64,000 nucleotides of DNA from an uncultured delta proteobacterium (GTDB lineage Bacteria > Desulfobacterota > Binatia > JACPRU01): the NCBI GenBank assembly GCA_963745025.1, contig CAVUWD010000014.1:160001-224000 (forward strand), read 5' to 3'. Numbering within the stretch: position 1 is the first letter of the stretch; each line of letters starts with the position of its first letter. Shown in pieces: positions 23,349-33,363 of this stretch. The translations under genes were made by a program, and so were the position numbers. Below the pieces are notes generated by a model. The model saw only the letters and a program-made list of their open reading frames with translations. It did not search any database and had not been told where the DNA came from.

Positions 23349-23781
23349 CCAGAGGAGACTCCCGTTGCGACGATTGACGACACTCGTTCTCTGCGCCGCG
23401 ATCTTCGCCACGTGCGGTCTGAAGTCCGACCCGCGCGGCGCCGATCAGGTCCGCCCGAAGACGATCTCGAGCCTCACCGGCAAGCTCGCGGCCGACGGTG
23501 TGCACCTCGCCTGGCAGCGGCCCGCAACGTACGTGAACGGCCAGCGCATGGACGACCTCGGCGGCTTCCTGGTGTTTCGCGGGTTGCCGGGCCAGCAGGC
23601 CGAGCAGATCGGCGAGGTGCCGGTCATCGATCGCGACCGCTTCCGCCCCGAGAAGAAGTTCGAGTACGTCGACAAGCAAGTGTCGAAGGGCGCGACGGTC
23701 TACTATCGCGTGATCACCTACACGACCGACAAGTACTACAGCCTCCCCTCGAATGAGGTGACGGTTGCCGCCCAGCCATGA
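23341..23781 (+). CDS. Lipoprotein (LppL/YifL-like N-terminus, fibronectin-III-like body)
   Basis: Signal ending TCGLKSDP; L.W..P, F.VFR, YVD, YYRV, PSNEV pattern; lies between argH and lysA. Confidence 0.7.
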   Translation: MSDQRRLPLRRLTTLVLCAAIFATCGLKSDPRGADQVRPKTISSLTGKLAADGVHLAWQRPATYVNGQRMDDLGGFLVFRGLPGQQAEQIGEVPVIDRDRFRPEKKFEYVDKQVSKGATVYYRVITYTTDKYYSLPSNEVTVAAQP

Positions 23782-25037
23782 ACTTCTTCCGCTACCAGGG
23801 CAGCGAGCTCTTCGCGGAGGAGGTGCCGCTGCGCACGATTGCCGACGAGGTCGGCACGCCCTGCTACGTGTACAGCCTGGCAACGCTCCGACGTCATTAC
23901 CGTGTCTTCGACGAGGCCTTCGCCGCCGCGCCGCACGTCGTCTGCTACTCGGTCAAGGCGAACTCGAATCTCGCCGTGCTCGCGGCCTTCGCGAAGGAAG
24001 GCAGCGGCTTCGACATCGTTTCGGGCGGCGAGCTCTATCGCGCGCTCGCGGCCGGGGCCGACCCGCGGAAGATCGTCTTCTCGGGAATCGGCAAGACCCG
24101 CGACGAGATGGCCTACGCTCTCGGCGTGGGGATCCTCGCCTTCAACGTCGAGTCTGCGGCGGAGCTCGACCTGCTCGACGCGGTCGCCGCCGAGATGGGC
24201 AGGAAGGCGCCGGTCGCGCTGCGGGTCAATCCCGACGTCGACCCCAAGACCCATCCCTACATCTCGACCGGCATGAAGAAGTCGAAGTTCGGGATCGACG
24301 CCCGTCGCGCGCTCGACGAATACGAGCGGGCGAAATCGCTCGAGCATCTCGACGTGATCGGCATCGATTGCCACATCGGCTCGCAGCTGACCGACGTTTC
24401 GCCGTTTCGCGACGCGCTCTCGCGCGTTCGCGGCATCCTTCTCGAGCTCCGCGCCCGCGGCTTGAGCATCCGTTATCTCGATTTCGGCGGCGGCCTCGGC
24501 ATCACCTACAGCGACGAGACGCCGCCGACGCCGAAGGACTATGCGGACGCGGTTCTCGGCGATGGCATCGAAAATCTTGGCGTCACACTGCTCCTCGAGC
24601 CCGGGCGCGTGCTGGTCGGCAACGCCGGCATCCTGCTCACGAAGGTCCTCTACTTGAAGCAGACCGAGACCAAGAAGTTCGTGATCGTCGACGGCGCGAT
24701 GAACGATCTCATCCGCCCGTCGCTCTACGGCGCGCACCAGGAGATCGAGCCGGTGATGCGCAGCGAGCGTCCGTCGGCCGTGGTCGACGTCGTCGGACCG
24801 GTGTGCGAGAGCGGCGACTTCTTCGCCAAGGATCGCGAGCTCGAGGAGGTGACGCCGGGAGAGCTGCTCGTCGTCCGCAGCGCCGGTGCCTACGGCTTCG
24901 TGATGTCCTCGAACTACAACACCCGACCGCGGGCCGCGGAGGTGTTGGTCGACGGCGGCGTCTACCACGTGGTGCGAGCACGGGAGACGCTCGCCGACCT
25001 CGTGCGCGGCGAGTCGATCCCGGAATCCCTCCGATGA
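23778..25037 (+). CDS. lysA: Diaminopimelate decarboxylase
   Basis: [49 protein letters not shown]. Confidence 0.97.
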   Translation: MNFFRYQGSELFAEEVPLRTIADEVGTPCYVYSLATLRRHYRVFDEAFAAAPHVVCYSVKANSNLAVLAAFAKEGSGFDIVSGGELYRALAAGADPRKIVFSGIGKTRDEMAYALGVGILAFNVESAAELDLLDAVAAEMGRKAPVALRVNPDVDPKTHPYISTGMKKSKFGIDARRALDEYERAKSLEHLDVIGIDCHIGSQLTDVSPFRDALSRVRGILLELRARGLSIRYLDFGGGLGITYSDETPPTPKDYADAVLGDGIENLGVTLLLEPGRVLVGNAGILLTKVLYLKQTETKKFVIVDGAMNDLIRPSLYGAHQEIEPVMRSERPSAVVDVVGPVCESGDFFAKDRELEEVTPGELLVVRSAGAYGFVMSSNYNTRPRAAEVLVDGGVYHVVRARETLADLVRGESIPESLR

Positions 25038-25068
25038 CCTCCAAAAGGGACCCGGTCGGTTTTTTGGA

Positions 25069-25910
25069 ATGAAGATCCCATTCACGAAGATGCACGGGGC
25101 CGGGAACGATTACGTCTACGTCGAACGGCTTCGAGGTGACGCTCGCCGATCCGGGAGCCGTCGCGCGTGCGGTCAGCCCGCGCCGCACGGGCGTCGGCTC
25201 CGACGGCTTGATTCTGATCCAGCCGTCGGCGGTCGCCGCCGTGCGCATGGAGATGTACAACGCCGACGGCAGCCGCGGCGAGATGTGCGGAAACGGCATC
25301 CGCTGCGTCGGCAAGTACGCGTACGAGCACGGCCTCGCCCAGGAGAACCCCCTGCGCGTGGAGACCGACGCGGGCGTCAAGACGCTCGAGCTCGACGTCG
25401 CCGATGGCAAGGTCGCGCAGCGTCAACGTCGACATGGGCGCGCCGATTCTCGACCCTGCGCGCATTCCCGCGCGGTTCGACGGGACCCGGGTGGTGGACG
25501 CTCCGCTCGAGGTCGAGGGCGAGACCTGCCAGGTCACCTGCGTGTCGATGGGGAATCCTCACTGCGTGCTCTTCCTCCCGGAGATCGCCGCGCTCGATCT
25601 CGAGGCGATCGGCCCGCGCTTCGAGCATCACGAGCGCTTCCCGAAGCGCGTGAACACCGAATTCGTCCAAGTATTCTGGCGAGGCGAGGTGAACATGCGC
25701 GTGTGGGAGCGCGGCTCGGGCGAGACCGCCGCGTGCGGCACCGGCGCGTGCGCGGCGGCAGTCGCGGGGGTTCTCACCGGTCGCACCGACCGCCGCGTCC
25801 TCGTCCACCTCGCCGGCGGCGACCTCTCGATCGAGTGGCGCGAGCGTGACGGCCACGTGTACATGCGCGGCGAGGCCGTCGAGGTGTTCCGAGGCGAGGT
25901 CGAGGTCTAG
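25069..25910 (+). CDS. dapF: Diaminopimelate epimerase (two frameshifts in this sequence, ~25130 and ~25415)
   Basis: FTKMHGAGND, NADGS..EMCGNGIRC, VSMGNPH, RVWERGSGET.ACGTGA across frames. Confidence 0.92.
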
Positions 25911-25982
25911 TGCGTACTCGTTGCCGCGCGGAGAAGAACGAGAAGACGATCGACGGCGCGTCCGCCATTCACCGATCTTAGG

Positions 25983-26528
25983 ATGTCGCTGGACGATGCC
26001 CTCGAGCTCCGTCTGGCCACGCCGGCCGATCTACCGGCGCTCCATGATCTCATTCCCCTCTCCGTTCGCGGGTTGAGCCGCGGGTTCTACTCGGACGCCC
26101 AGATCGAGAGTGCGATCCGCCACGTCTTCGGACCCGACACCCAGCTGATCGCCGATCGAACCTACTTCGTCGCCACGGCCGGCGGCATGCTGGTCGGCTG
26201 CGGCGGGTGGAGCCGGCGGCGGACGCTCTTCGGCGGCGATCAGATGAAGACCGCCGAGGACCCGCTACTCGACCCGAAGGCGGAGCCCGCACGCGTGCGG
26301 GCTTTCTTCGTCCACCCCGATTGGGCGCGACGCGGCATCGCTGGAGCGATCCTCGAGGCCTGCATGAACGCCGCGCGCGCCGCGGGATTCCGCCGCGTCG
26401 AGCTCGTGGCCACGTTGCCGGGAGAGCCGCTCTACCGGGCGTTCGGCTTCGACGTACTCGAGCGCTTCGAGGCGGCGATGCCGGACGGCCTGACGCTCCC
26501 GGTCGTCCGCATGATGCGCGTCCCCTGA
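25983..26528 (+). CDS. GNAT family N-acetyltransferase
   Basis: GCGGWS.R, FFVHPDWARRGIA, ATLPGEPLYRAFGF. Confidence 0.9.
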   Translation: MSLDDALELRLATPADLPALHDLIPLSVRGLSRGFYSDAQIESAIRHVFGPDTQLIADRTYFVATAGGMLVGCGGWSRRRTLFGGDQMKTAEDPLLDPKAEPARVRAFFVHPDWARRGIAGAILEACMNAARAAGFRRVELVATLPGEPLYRAFGFDVLERFEAAMPDGLTLPVVRMMRVP

Positions 26529-26740
26529 GCACCGGAGCCCTTCACGCTCTGGCTCGGAGGTAAGAGCGAAATATAGAGGAATCATTTTTTCGTTACCAAT
26601 GTCAAAAAAATGCCGCTTATATATGCGACAATTGTCTGATATTTCCACCTGACATCCAGTCATTTCTCACTTTTTCTATCCGGCCAAAGTGGGCACGAGA
26701 AATGCGTGGGTCTCTGTCAATTGCGCAAAAGGAGGTGGAA

Positions 26741-28831
26741 ATGGCTCCGCTGAGGTCTTTGGCCTGGCTCTGGGGCCTGACTCTGCTTGGCCTGGCCGGG
26801 ATATCCGCCGCTCAGCCCTTAAATCCACAGGCACTAAACGCGCCGCGGTTTGCGCCCGACAGGGTGCTGGTCAAGTTCAAGCCCGGCACGGCTGCTTCGG
26901 CGGTCGGCGAGGCCCATCGACAGGCCGGGGGTCACAAGCTCAAGACCATCCCCGGCATCGGCGTGCAGGTGGTCGCGGTTCCCGCCGGCACGGTCTTGGC
27001 GAAGGTGGCGGCGTACGAGGCGAATCCCAACGTGCTGTACGCCGAGCCGGACCAGTATCGTGTCTTGGTCATCCCCAACGAAGGAGCCGGGACCCACACC
27101 CGCGGGACAAACCAACTACTTCGGCGAGCAGTGGTACCTGAACAACACCGGACAATCGCACACCCGTGTGAGCAGACGATACTCGGACCGGACCTTGCGA
27201 CGTCACACAGGGACCACGGACGCCGATATCGATGCGTCCAGAGGCTTGGGACCGTACCAAGGGGTTCTTGACGACCGACCCCACGGCCGCGAACACCCCC
27301 AAGGTGGCCGTTCTCGACAGCGGCGCCGACTGCGACACGCTCGAGCTACAGGGCAAGTGTCTCGAGCAGACGAATCTGGTCGGGCTGAATCCGGGCTTCT
27401 TCGAGTTGGATGCCTGTCCGCCCGAAAAGCCCGCTTGCGACAACTTCGGGCACGGCACCTTCGTCGCCTCGGAGCTGGCAGCCAATACGGACAATGGCGA
27501 GGGCATCGCCGGCGCCGGCTGGAACACCAGTTTCGGCGTATTCAAGGTCTGCTACCTGGAGACTAGTTATCGACGACGCGGGGAACATCTTCCGCAGTCG
27601 GCCTTTGCCCGCTCTCGGCCTCGGCGGAGGCCATCACGCTCGCCGCAAGCGACCAGTTCGATGCCGCGGGCAACCTGACCAGAAGCCAGTACCATGTCAT
27701 CACCATGAGTTACGGCAGCGATCTGATCGATCCCGATACCGGTGAAATGACGCCGAGCTCTCCGCCCAACACGGAGTGCGATGCAGTCCTCTACGCATGG
27801 AACCACGGCGTGGTCGTGGTGGCCGGCGCGGGCAACAACGGAAATACTGACAAGTTCTATCCCGCAGCCTGCACCGACGATCCGGCTGACTGGCACCGGC
27901 CAGTCCACCGTGATCGCGGTGGCGTGCCTCCGATCACGACGACAACCGTGCGAGCTTCTCCACCTACAGCACCGACGCGGACGACTGGGTGTCGCTGGCC
28001 GCACCCGGCGAGGCGATCGTCGGCGTCTTGCCCGACGCGCAGTGCGAGCTGCCGACCGGCACGGATACCTGCGTGAACTGGTTGGACGGGACCTCCATGG
28101 CGACCCCGCTCGTGGCGGCAGGAGCGGCGCTCGTCTGGGCGGACCTCTACCAGTCCGATGCCGTAGACGGTGCTCCCGCGCCGTTCGGATGCACGGTTGG
28201 CGGCACGCCCTGCAATCGAGTGGTTCGGGAGCGTCTCGAGAACGGGGCGGACAAAGTGGGAGCACAGGGCCAGGACCTACTCCAATGGACCCGGCACGGC
28301 CGATTGAACATCGCGAACGCCGTAGCCAACGTTCGAAGCGATGCCACGCCGACAGTAACTCCGACGTCGCTTCCACCGACCGCGACGCCCACGTCACCTC
28401 CGCCGACCGCAACTCCGACCTCGACGCCGACGGCGAGTGCGACAAGCACGCCGACACCGACCGCGACGCCCACCTCGCCTCCGCCGACCGCGACTCCGAC
28501 CTTGACACCGACGGCGACTGCGACACGCACGCCGACACCGACCGCGACACCCACCTCGCCCCCGCCGACTCCGACTCCACCAATCGCCCCCACGGCCGCG
28601 TTCACCTCCAGCTGCAGCGCCCTCAAATGCCTCTTCGATGGGGGCACCAGCACCGACGACCAGGGAATAACGCGCTACAGGTGGGACTTCGGAGACGGAA
28701 AGGGAGGCCGCGGCGTAACTGTCTCACATAAGTACGCAAGCGCGGGTACCTACACGGTAACGCTCACGGTGCGCGATGCCAGCAACCTGACGGACACGGC
28801 CACGGCCACGGTCAGCGTCAGCAGGCGGTGA
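26741..28831 (+). CDS. Secreted S8 (subtilase) serine peptidase with Pro/Thr linker and C-terminal PKD domain, frameshifted in this sequence
   Basis: Signal peptide after GGAGG, propeptide (VLVKFK...YAEPD), triad motifs VAVLDSG / GHGTFVA / GTSMATP, GAGN, WDFGDG...YTVTLTV. Confidence 0.85.
28345..28590 (+). repeat. Pro/Thr linker with ~81-bp (27-aa) internal duplication
   Basis: PTATPTSPPPTATPTSTPTASATSTPT followed by PTATPTSPPPTATPTLTPTATATRTPT. Confidence 0.8.
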
Positions 28832-28966
28832 CGGCAGCCGCGGAGGGATAGTAGGGGCAACTGTCCGCCCGGCAAGGCCGCTAAAGGGAAGTGTGGAGCC
28901 GGGAGCCTGGCACGAGCGGTTCCACAGAGAGGTTCGCGCCGGTAGAGCCGCTGGCTGCAACGGCGA

Positions 28967-30388
28967 TCATGCTCGGCACACAACCAAATGGCTCCAGGCC
29001 GCCTCCGCGGCCTGCTCCCCCGAACGGATGCAGTCGGGGAGCCCGACGGCGCCGAGCGTGCTGCCCGCGACGACCAGACCGCGATGCGCCGCCGCCCGGC
29101 GCGTGATCGATTGCGCTCGCTCGGGAAAGCCGACCTCGTACTGCGGCATCGCGCGCGGGAAGCGGATCGTGCGGGCGAAGAGCGGCTCTCGCGCGATCGC
29201 CAGCAGCGAACGGAGCTCCGCATGCGCGAGCTCCGCAAGAACGTCCTCGGGAAGGTCGGCGAGCGCGGGCCGCAGAGCGCCGCCGAGAAAGCAGCGCACC
29301 ACGAGCTCGCCCTCGCGCACCCGCTTGGGGAATTTCCGACTCGTGAAGCTCGCGGCCAGCAGATCGATGCCTTCACGGCGCGGCACGAAGAAGCCGTATC
29401 CCGCGAGCGGCTTGCCGACGTCGCCGGCGCGATAACAAAGGCTCACGGTGGCGCACGAGGCATAGTGGAGGCGGCCGAGCTCGTCCGCGAGCGCGCGATC
29501 GAGCTCGGCGAGGGCGGCAGCAGTCGCATAGGCCGGGCACGCGAGCACGACGGCGTCGGCGAAGACCGGATCCGAGTCTCCCACACGGAGCCGCCAGCGA
29601 CCCTCCGCGCTCCTCGTGAGACCGTGAAGCGGTGCCTCGGCCCGCACCGCTCCCGCGGGAAGCCTCGCGAGAAGCCGCTCGACGATCGTCGCGGTGCCCG
29701 ACGCCACATAGGCGAACCCGCCTCCACCGTGGGGACGCCCCGGGGAGACAGCGAGCGCCTGAAGCAGGCCACGCGTCACGCTGCCGAAGCTCCGCTCCAT
29801 CTCGACGAAACGCGGCAGCGCGGCCGCGATCGAGAGCTTGTCCGCGTCGGCCATGAAGAGGCTCGCCGCCACCGGCTCGGCCACACGCTCGAGCGCCTCG
29901 CGGCCGAAGCGGCGAACGACGAACGAGGCGAGGCTCTCGTCGCCGGTCTGCGGCGACGCGGGGAGGAAGCGCTCGGCGGCGATCCGCAGCTTCGCCGCCG
30001 GCGAAAAGAGCGAGGAGCACACGAACGGCCAGAGCCGGGTCGGCGCCATCATCAAGAACCCGGCGGGAATCTCGTGCAGCCGACCGCCGACGAGAACTCT
30101 CGGCCCGCCCGTCCCCTCGATGCGCACGAGCTCGCTGCCCAGGCCGAGCCGCTCGCAAAGCTCCAGGCCTGCAGGCTTGGCCGTCAGGAAGGAGTCGGGC
30201 CCCCCCTCGATCAGCATCTCCTCGACGCGCTCGGTGCGAATGTGCCCACCGAACCGCTCGCTCGCCTCGAGGACCAGCACCGACGGGGATTCTCCGCGCT
30301 CACGTGAGAGCTCACAGAGCCGATGGGCAGCGGAAAGACCCGTGATGCCCCCGCCCACGACCACGAATCGGAACACCGCGGAACTCAT
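28967..30388 (-). CDS. hemY: Protoporphyrinogen/coproporphyrinogen oxidase (HemY-type)
   Basis: GGGITGLSAA, EGGPDSFL, GYGFFVP, AMPQY.VG, G.GLPDCI.SG. Confidence 0.93.
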   Translation of the reverse strand: MSSAVFRFVVVGGGITGLSAAHRLCELSRERGESPSVLVLEASERFGGHIRTERVEEMLIEGGPDSFLTAKPAGLELCERLGLGSELVRIEGTGGPRVLVGGRLHEIPAGFLMMAPTRLWPFVCSSLFSPAAKLRIAAERFLPASPQTGDESLASFVVRRFGREALERVAEPVAASLFMADADKLSIAAALPRFVEMERSFGSVTRGLLQALAVSPGRPHGGGGFAYVASGTATIVERLLARLPAGAVRAEAPLHGLTRSAEGRWRLRVGDSDPVFADAVVLACPAYATAAALAELDRALADELGRLHYASCATVSLCYRAGDVGKPLAGYGFFVPRREGIDLLAASFTSRKFPKRVREGELVVRCFLGGALRPALADLPEDVLAELAHAELRSLLAIAREPLFARTIRFPRAMPQYEVGFPERAQSITRRAAAHRGLVVAGSTLGAVGLPDCIRSGEQAAEAAWSHLVVCRA

Positions 30389-31440
30389 GAGGCGAGCCAG
30401 CCCGAGGCATCGCGGGCGATCGCCACCACCGCATCAGCCCACGAATCGCGTGCGTTGAGCGACGGCACCAGGCGAAGCCGCTGGCCGCCATGTGCCCGCC
30501 AATCGGCCTCGGCCCGGATGCCGATCTCCTCGAGCGTCTCGAGACAATCGGCGACGAACGAGGGGACGACGATCACGGCTCGCCGCACACCGCGCCGAGC
30601 CGCTTCACGCACCTCGACGTCGGTGAACGGACGGATCCAAGGCGTGCGACCGAGCCGGGACTGAAAGCAGACGATGCGCTGCTCGCCGGCGATGCCGAGC
30701 GATTCGGCGAGTAGCCGTGCGGTCGAGAAGCACTGGGCGCGATAGCAATCCCCGAGCGCCGTCGGGTTCCGCTCGGGCGCCTGCTCGCAGCAGTCGTCGC
30801 TCTGCAGGCAGTACGCCCCGTTTCGGTCGCTCTTTCGAATCTGTCGCTCGGGAAGACCGTGGAAGCTGAAGAACACGAGTTCCGGCTCGACCTCCTGCAA
30901 GCACGGCGCGGCCGCCTCGGCGAAGCAAGCAATGTAGCGGGGGTGGTCGTAGAACGGTGGCACGACCTGCAACTGAGGAACGTTCCACATCCGCGAGGCG
31001 GCCACGAACACGGCCTCCTGCGACGACCCCGTCGCCGCCGAGCTGTATTGCGGATAGAGCGGAAAGACGACGATGCGGCGAACGCCCCGGCGGTGGAACG
31101 AGTCCAACGCCTGGGCAATCGAGGGCGACCCGTAGCGCATGGCGAGCGCGACCACGGCCGACCCGCCGAGCCGCGCCTGGACCTTGGTCGCGAGGTCTCG
31201 ACCGTGGACGAGGAGCGGCGAGCCCTGCTCGGTCCAGACCTTTGCGTAGGCTTCGGCCGAGCGTTGCGGACGAAACGGAAGGATGAGGAGATTCAGCACT
31301 AGCCAGCGGAGCGGTGCCGGCATGTCCAGTACGCGCGGGTCGGAGAGGAACTCGCGGAGATAGCGGCGAACTTCCACCGTCCGCGGCGCATCGGGCGTCC
31401 CGAGATTGACGAGCAGAAGGCCGACGTCGGGGGGAGGCAT
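30385..31440 (-). CDS. hemH: Ferrochelatase
   Basis: LLLVNLGTPDAP, MRYGSPS, PLYPQYS, SFHGLP, FQSRLG, SFVADCLETLEEIG. Start MPPPD at 31440. Confidence 0.95.
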   Translation of the reverse strand: MPPPDVGLLLVNLGTPDAPRTVEVRRYLREFLSDPRVLDMPAPLRWLVLNLLILPFRPQRSAEAYAKVWTEQGSPLLVHGRDLATKVQARLGGSAVVALAMRYGSPSIAQALDSFHRRGVRRIVVFPLYPQYSSAATGSSQEAVFVAASRMWNVPQLQVVPPFYDHPRYIACFAEAAAPCLQEVEPELVFFSFHGLPERQIRKSDRNGAYCLQSDDCCEQAPERNPTALGDCYRAQCFSTARLLAESLGIAGEQRIVCFQSRLGRTPWIRPFTDVEVREAARRGVRRAVIVVPSFVADCLETLEEIGIRAEADWRAHGGQRLRLVPSLNARDSWADAVVAIARDASGWLAS

Positions 31441-31445
31441 CGAGG

Positions 31446-32069
31446 CTAACCCGACCGCGCTTCCTCGAGCACGCGCCGCGAGCGCCAGAATACCTCGTCG
31501 AGGCCCATCGCGTCGGAGCCATAGTAGCCGCGGAGCCCGCCGCTGCCATCGACGAGGAGGATCTTCCCCGTGTGCGCGATGTCGAGAAGGCCCGCTTCGG
31601 TGCGCTCCGGCTCGCCGAGCGCGACCTGAAAGCCGCCGACGGCGAGGGCGCGAATGCGCTCCCGCGGGCCCGTGAGCAGCACCCACCGAGTCGGATCGAC
31701 GCCGTAGTCGCTTTCGGCCTTTCGCAGGCGCTCCGGCGTGTCGCGCTCGGGATCGACGGTGATGCTCACCAGGCGGATCGAATCGAGCTTCTCCTCACGA
31801 TAGCGCTGCTGGAGCCGGGCCATTCCCTTCATCAGCGTCGGGCAAACCGACGGGCAGTCGGTGAAGAAGAAGCTCACGATGTAGACGTGCCCGCGGAGCT
31901 CGTCGCTGCCGAACGGCTGGCCGCTCGACTCGACGAGCTCGAACCGCGGCAGCTGACGGAGAACCGGCGGAGGCGGCGGCTCGCGACGGAGCAGCGGCCG
32001 CATCAGTGTCATCACCGCGCAACCCACCACGAACGCCCACACGAAGGGGTTGCGGAGAACCGGCTTCAT
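31446..32069 (-). CDS. SCO family copper chaperone
   Basis: FFFTDCPSVCP, SITVDPERDTPE, IAHTG. Confidence 0.9.
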   Translation of the reverse strand: MKPVLRNPFVWAFVVGCAVMTLMRPLLRREPPPPPVLRQLPRFELVESSGQPFGSDELRGHVYIVSFFFTDCPSVCPTLMKGMARLQQRYREEKLDSIRLVSITVDPERDTPERLRKAESDYGVDPTRWVLLTGPRERIRALAVGGFQVALGEPERTEAGLLDIAHTGKILLVDGSGGLRGYYGSDAMGLDEVFWRSRRVLEEARSG

Positions 32070-32071
32070 CC

Positions 32072-32335
32072 TTAGCGAACGAGCTTCTCGAGGATGGCCG
32101 CGTACTTGTGCTGGCGCAGATTCTGTCGGGCGTTCAGCAAGATCAGCAGAATGATGACGGCCCGCGGGGCCAGCGAGAAGCTCGGATCGCGCGCCCGCTC
32201 GATGCCGTAGACGATCGCCAGCAGCGCGGCGACGGCAATCGAGACGTCCGAGATCCTGCGAAAGAGCCCTTTGCGGCGAATCGCCTTGGCGGCGAACGCG
32301 CGCTCGGCGTCCGTCATCGTTTCGGGCTCACCCAT
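32072..32335 (-). CDS. Small 2-TM hypothetical protein
   Basis: Two hydrophobic helices, ILLNARQNLRQHKYA; in operon with SCO. Confidence 0.6.
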   Translation of the reverse strand: MGEPETMTDAERAFAAKAIRRKGLFRRISDVSIAVAALLAIVYGIERARDPSFSLAPRAVIILLILLNARQNLRQHKYAAILEKLVR

Positions 32336-32478
32336 TCGTGAGCCGCTGCTTTTGGCAGAGTCCGCGCACGAATTCTAGCCCGCGGATCGCGCGTCGCGGT
32401 CGGCGGGCGAGATGCTGAGAACCCGGGGAAAATCACCTTGACCTGTTCCCGGTCGCTACGATAAGCACGCGGGCGAAA

Positions 32479-32600
32479 TTCAGATTCCTGCATCAGAGGA
32501 GGGAGTAGGAACATTGCTTCGATCCGTCGCACTGGAAATCGAGACAGCCGATCGGCAGCGCGACTAACCGAAGCAACGTCCCTACTCCCTTCAGATTCCT
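32479..32600. repeat. GTAG-type REP-like inverted repeat (family B) with flanking 11-bp direct repeats
   Basis: GGGAGTAGGAACATTGCTTCG...CGAAGCAACGTCCCTACTCCC; TTCAGATTCCT at 32479-32489 and 32590-32600. Confidence 0.75.
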
Positions 32601-32715
32601 TCCGGACACGCGGTTCGATGTGAGGAGGAGAGACGTCGGGTTGAGGGCAAGAAGCCGCCCTTCGGGCGGCCTCGCTGCGTAAGCTGCAGCGACGCGGGCG
32701 GTCGGGTTCAGGCCA

Positions 32716-33363
32716 GTGGCACAAATCTTCCCCGAAAGGATGAATCAGCTTCCGCTGGTCCTCGGCGTCGCGCTGCCGCTCGGGCTCGTCGTCGTCGTCA
32801 GCTTCGTCTGGTACTACTTCTCCCCCTGGTACACCGACGTCGGCTACCAGCCGACACAGCCCGTCGCCTACAGCCACCGCCTCCACGCCGGCGACCTGGA
32901 GATCAACTGTCGTTACTGCCACGCGATGGTGGAGATTTCGCCGGCCGCTGGCGTGCCACCGACGCAGATGTGCATGAATTGCCACACGTTGTCGATGAAA
33001 GACAGCCCACTCCTCCAGCCCATCCGTGACAGCGCCGCGACCAACATGCCGATGCGGTGGGTGAGGGTTCACGAGCTACCGGACTATGCATATTTCGAGC
33101 ACGCCTCCCATCTTCGCGCCGGTGTGGGTTGCGTCAGCTGTCACGGACGCATCGATCAGATGGAGGTCGTTCGGCAGGAGAAGCCGCTCAGCATGAGCTG
33201 GTGCCTCGATTGCCACCGCGACCCCGGACCGGAACTCCGGCCGGTCGATCAAGTGACGAACATGCGCTGGATTCCGCCATCGAACCATTCCGAGTGGGCG
33301 AGACGGGCGATCCAGGAACGCCACATCCAGCCGCCCGTAGACTGCTCGGGGTGCCACCGGTGA
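32716..33363 (+). CDS. actA: Second ActA-type pentaheme cytochrome c
   Basis: CRYCH, CMNCH, CVSCH, CLDCH, CSGCH; GYQPTQPVAYSH. Confidence 0.93.
   Translation: MAQIFPERMNQLPLVLGVALPLGLVVVVSFVWYYFSPWYTDVGYQPTQPVAYSHRLHAGDLEINCRYCHAMVEISPAAGVPPTQMCMNCHTLSMKDSPLLQPIRDSAATNMPMRWVRVHELPDYAYFEHASHLRAGVGCVSCHGRIDQMEVVRQEKPLSMSWCLDCHRDPGPELRPVDQVTNMRWIPPSNHSEWARRAIQERHIQPPVDCSGCHR

Noticed and set aside
25907-25933. CGTACTCG and CCGCGCGGAG fragments resembling element A, plus CTAGT also found at 60501, as an island att site or target duplication
   Set aside because: Matches are only 5-10 nt in GC-rich DNA; not enough without comparative data.
32620-32715. Riboswitch or leader peptide upstream of actA2 (C-TTCG-G tetraloop hairpin; 13-codon TTG ORF after GGAGG)
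   Set aside because: Two small hairpins are visible, but there is no recognisable aptamer consensus or second copy to support a call.
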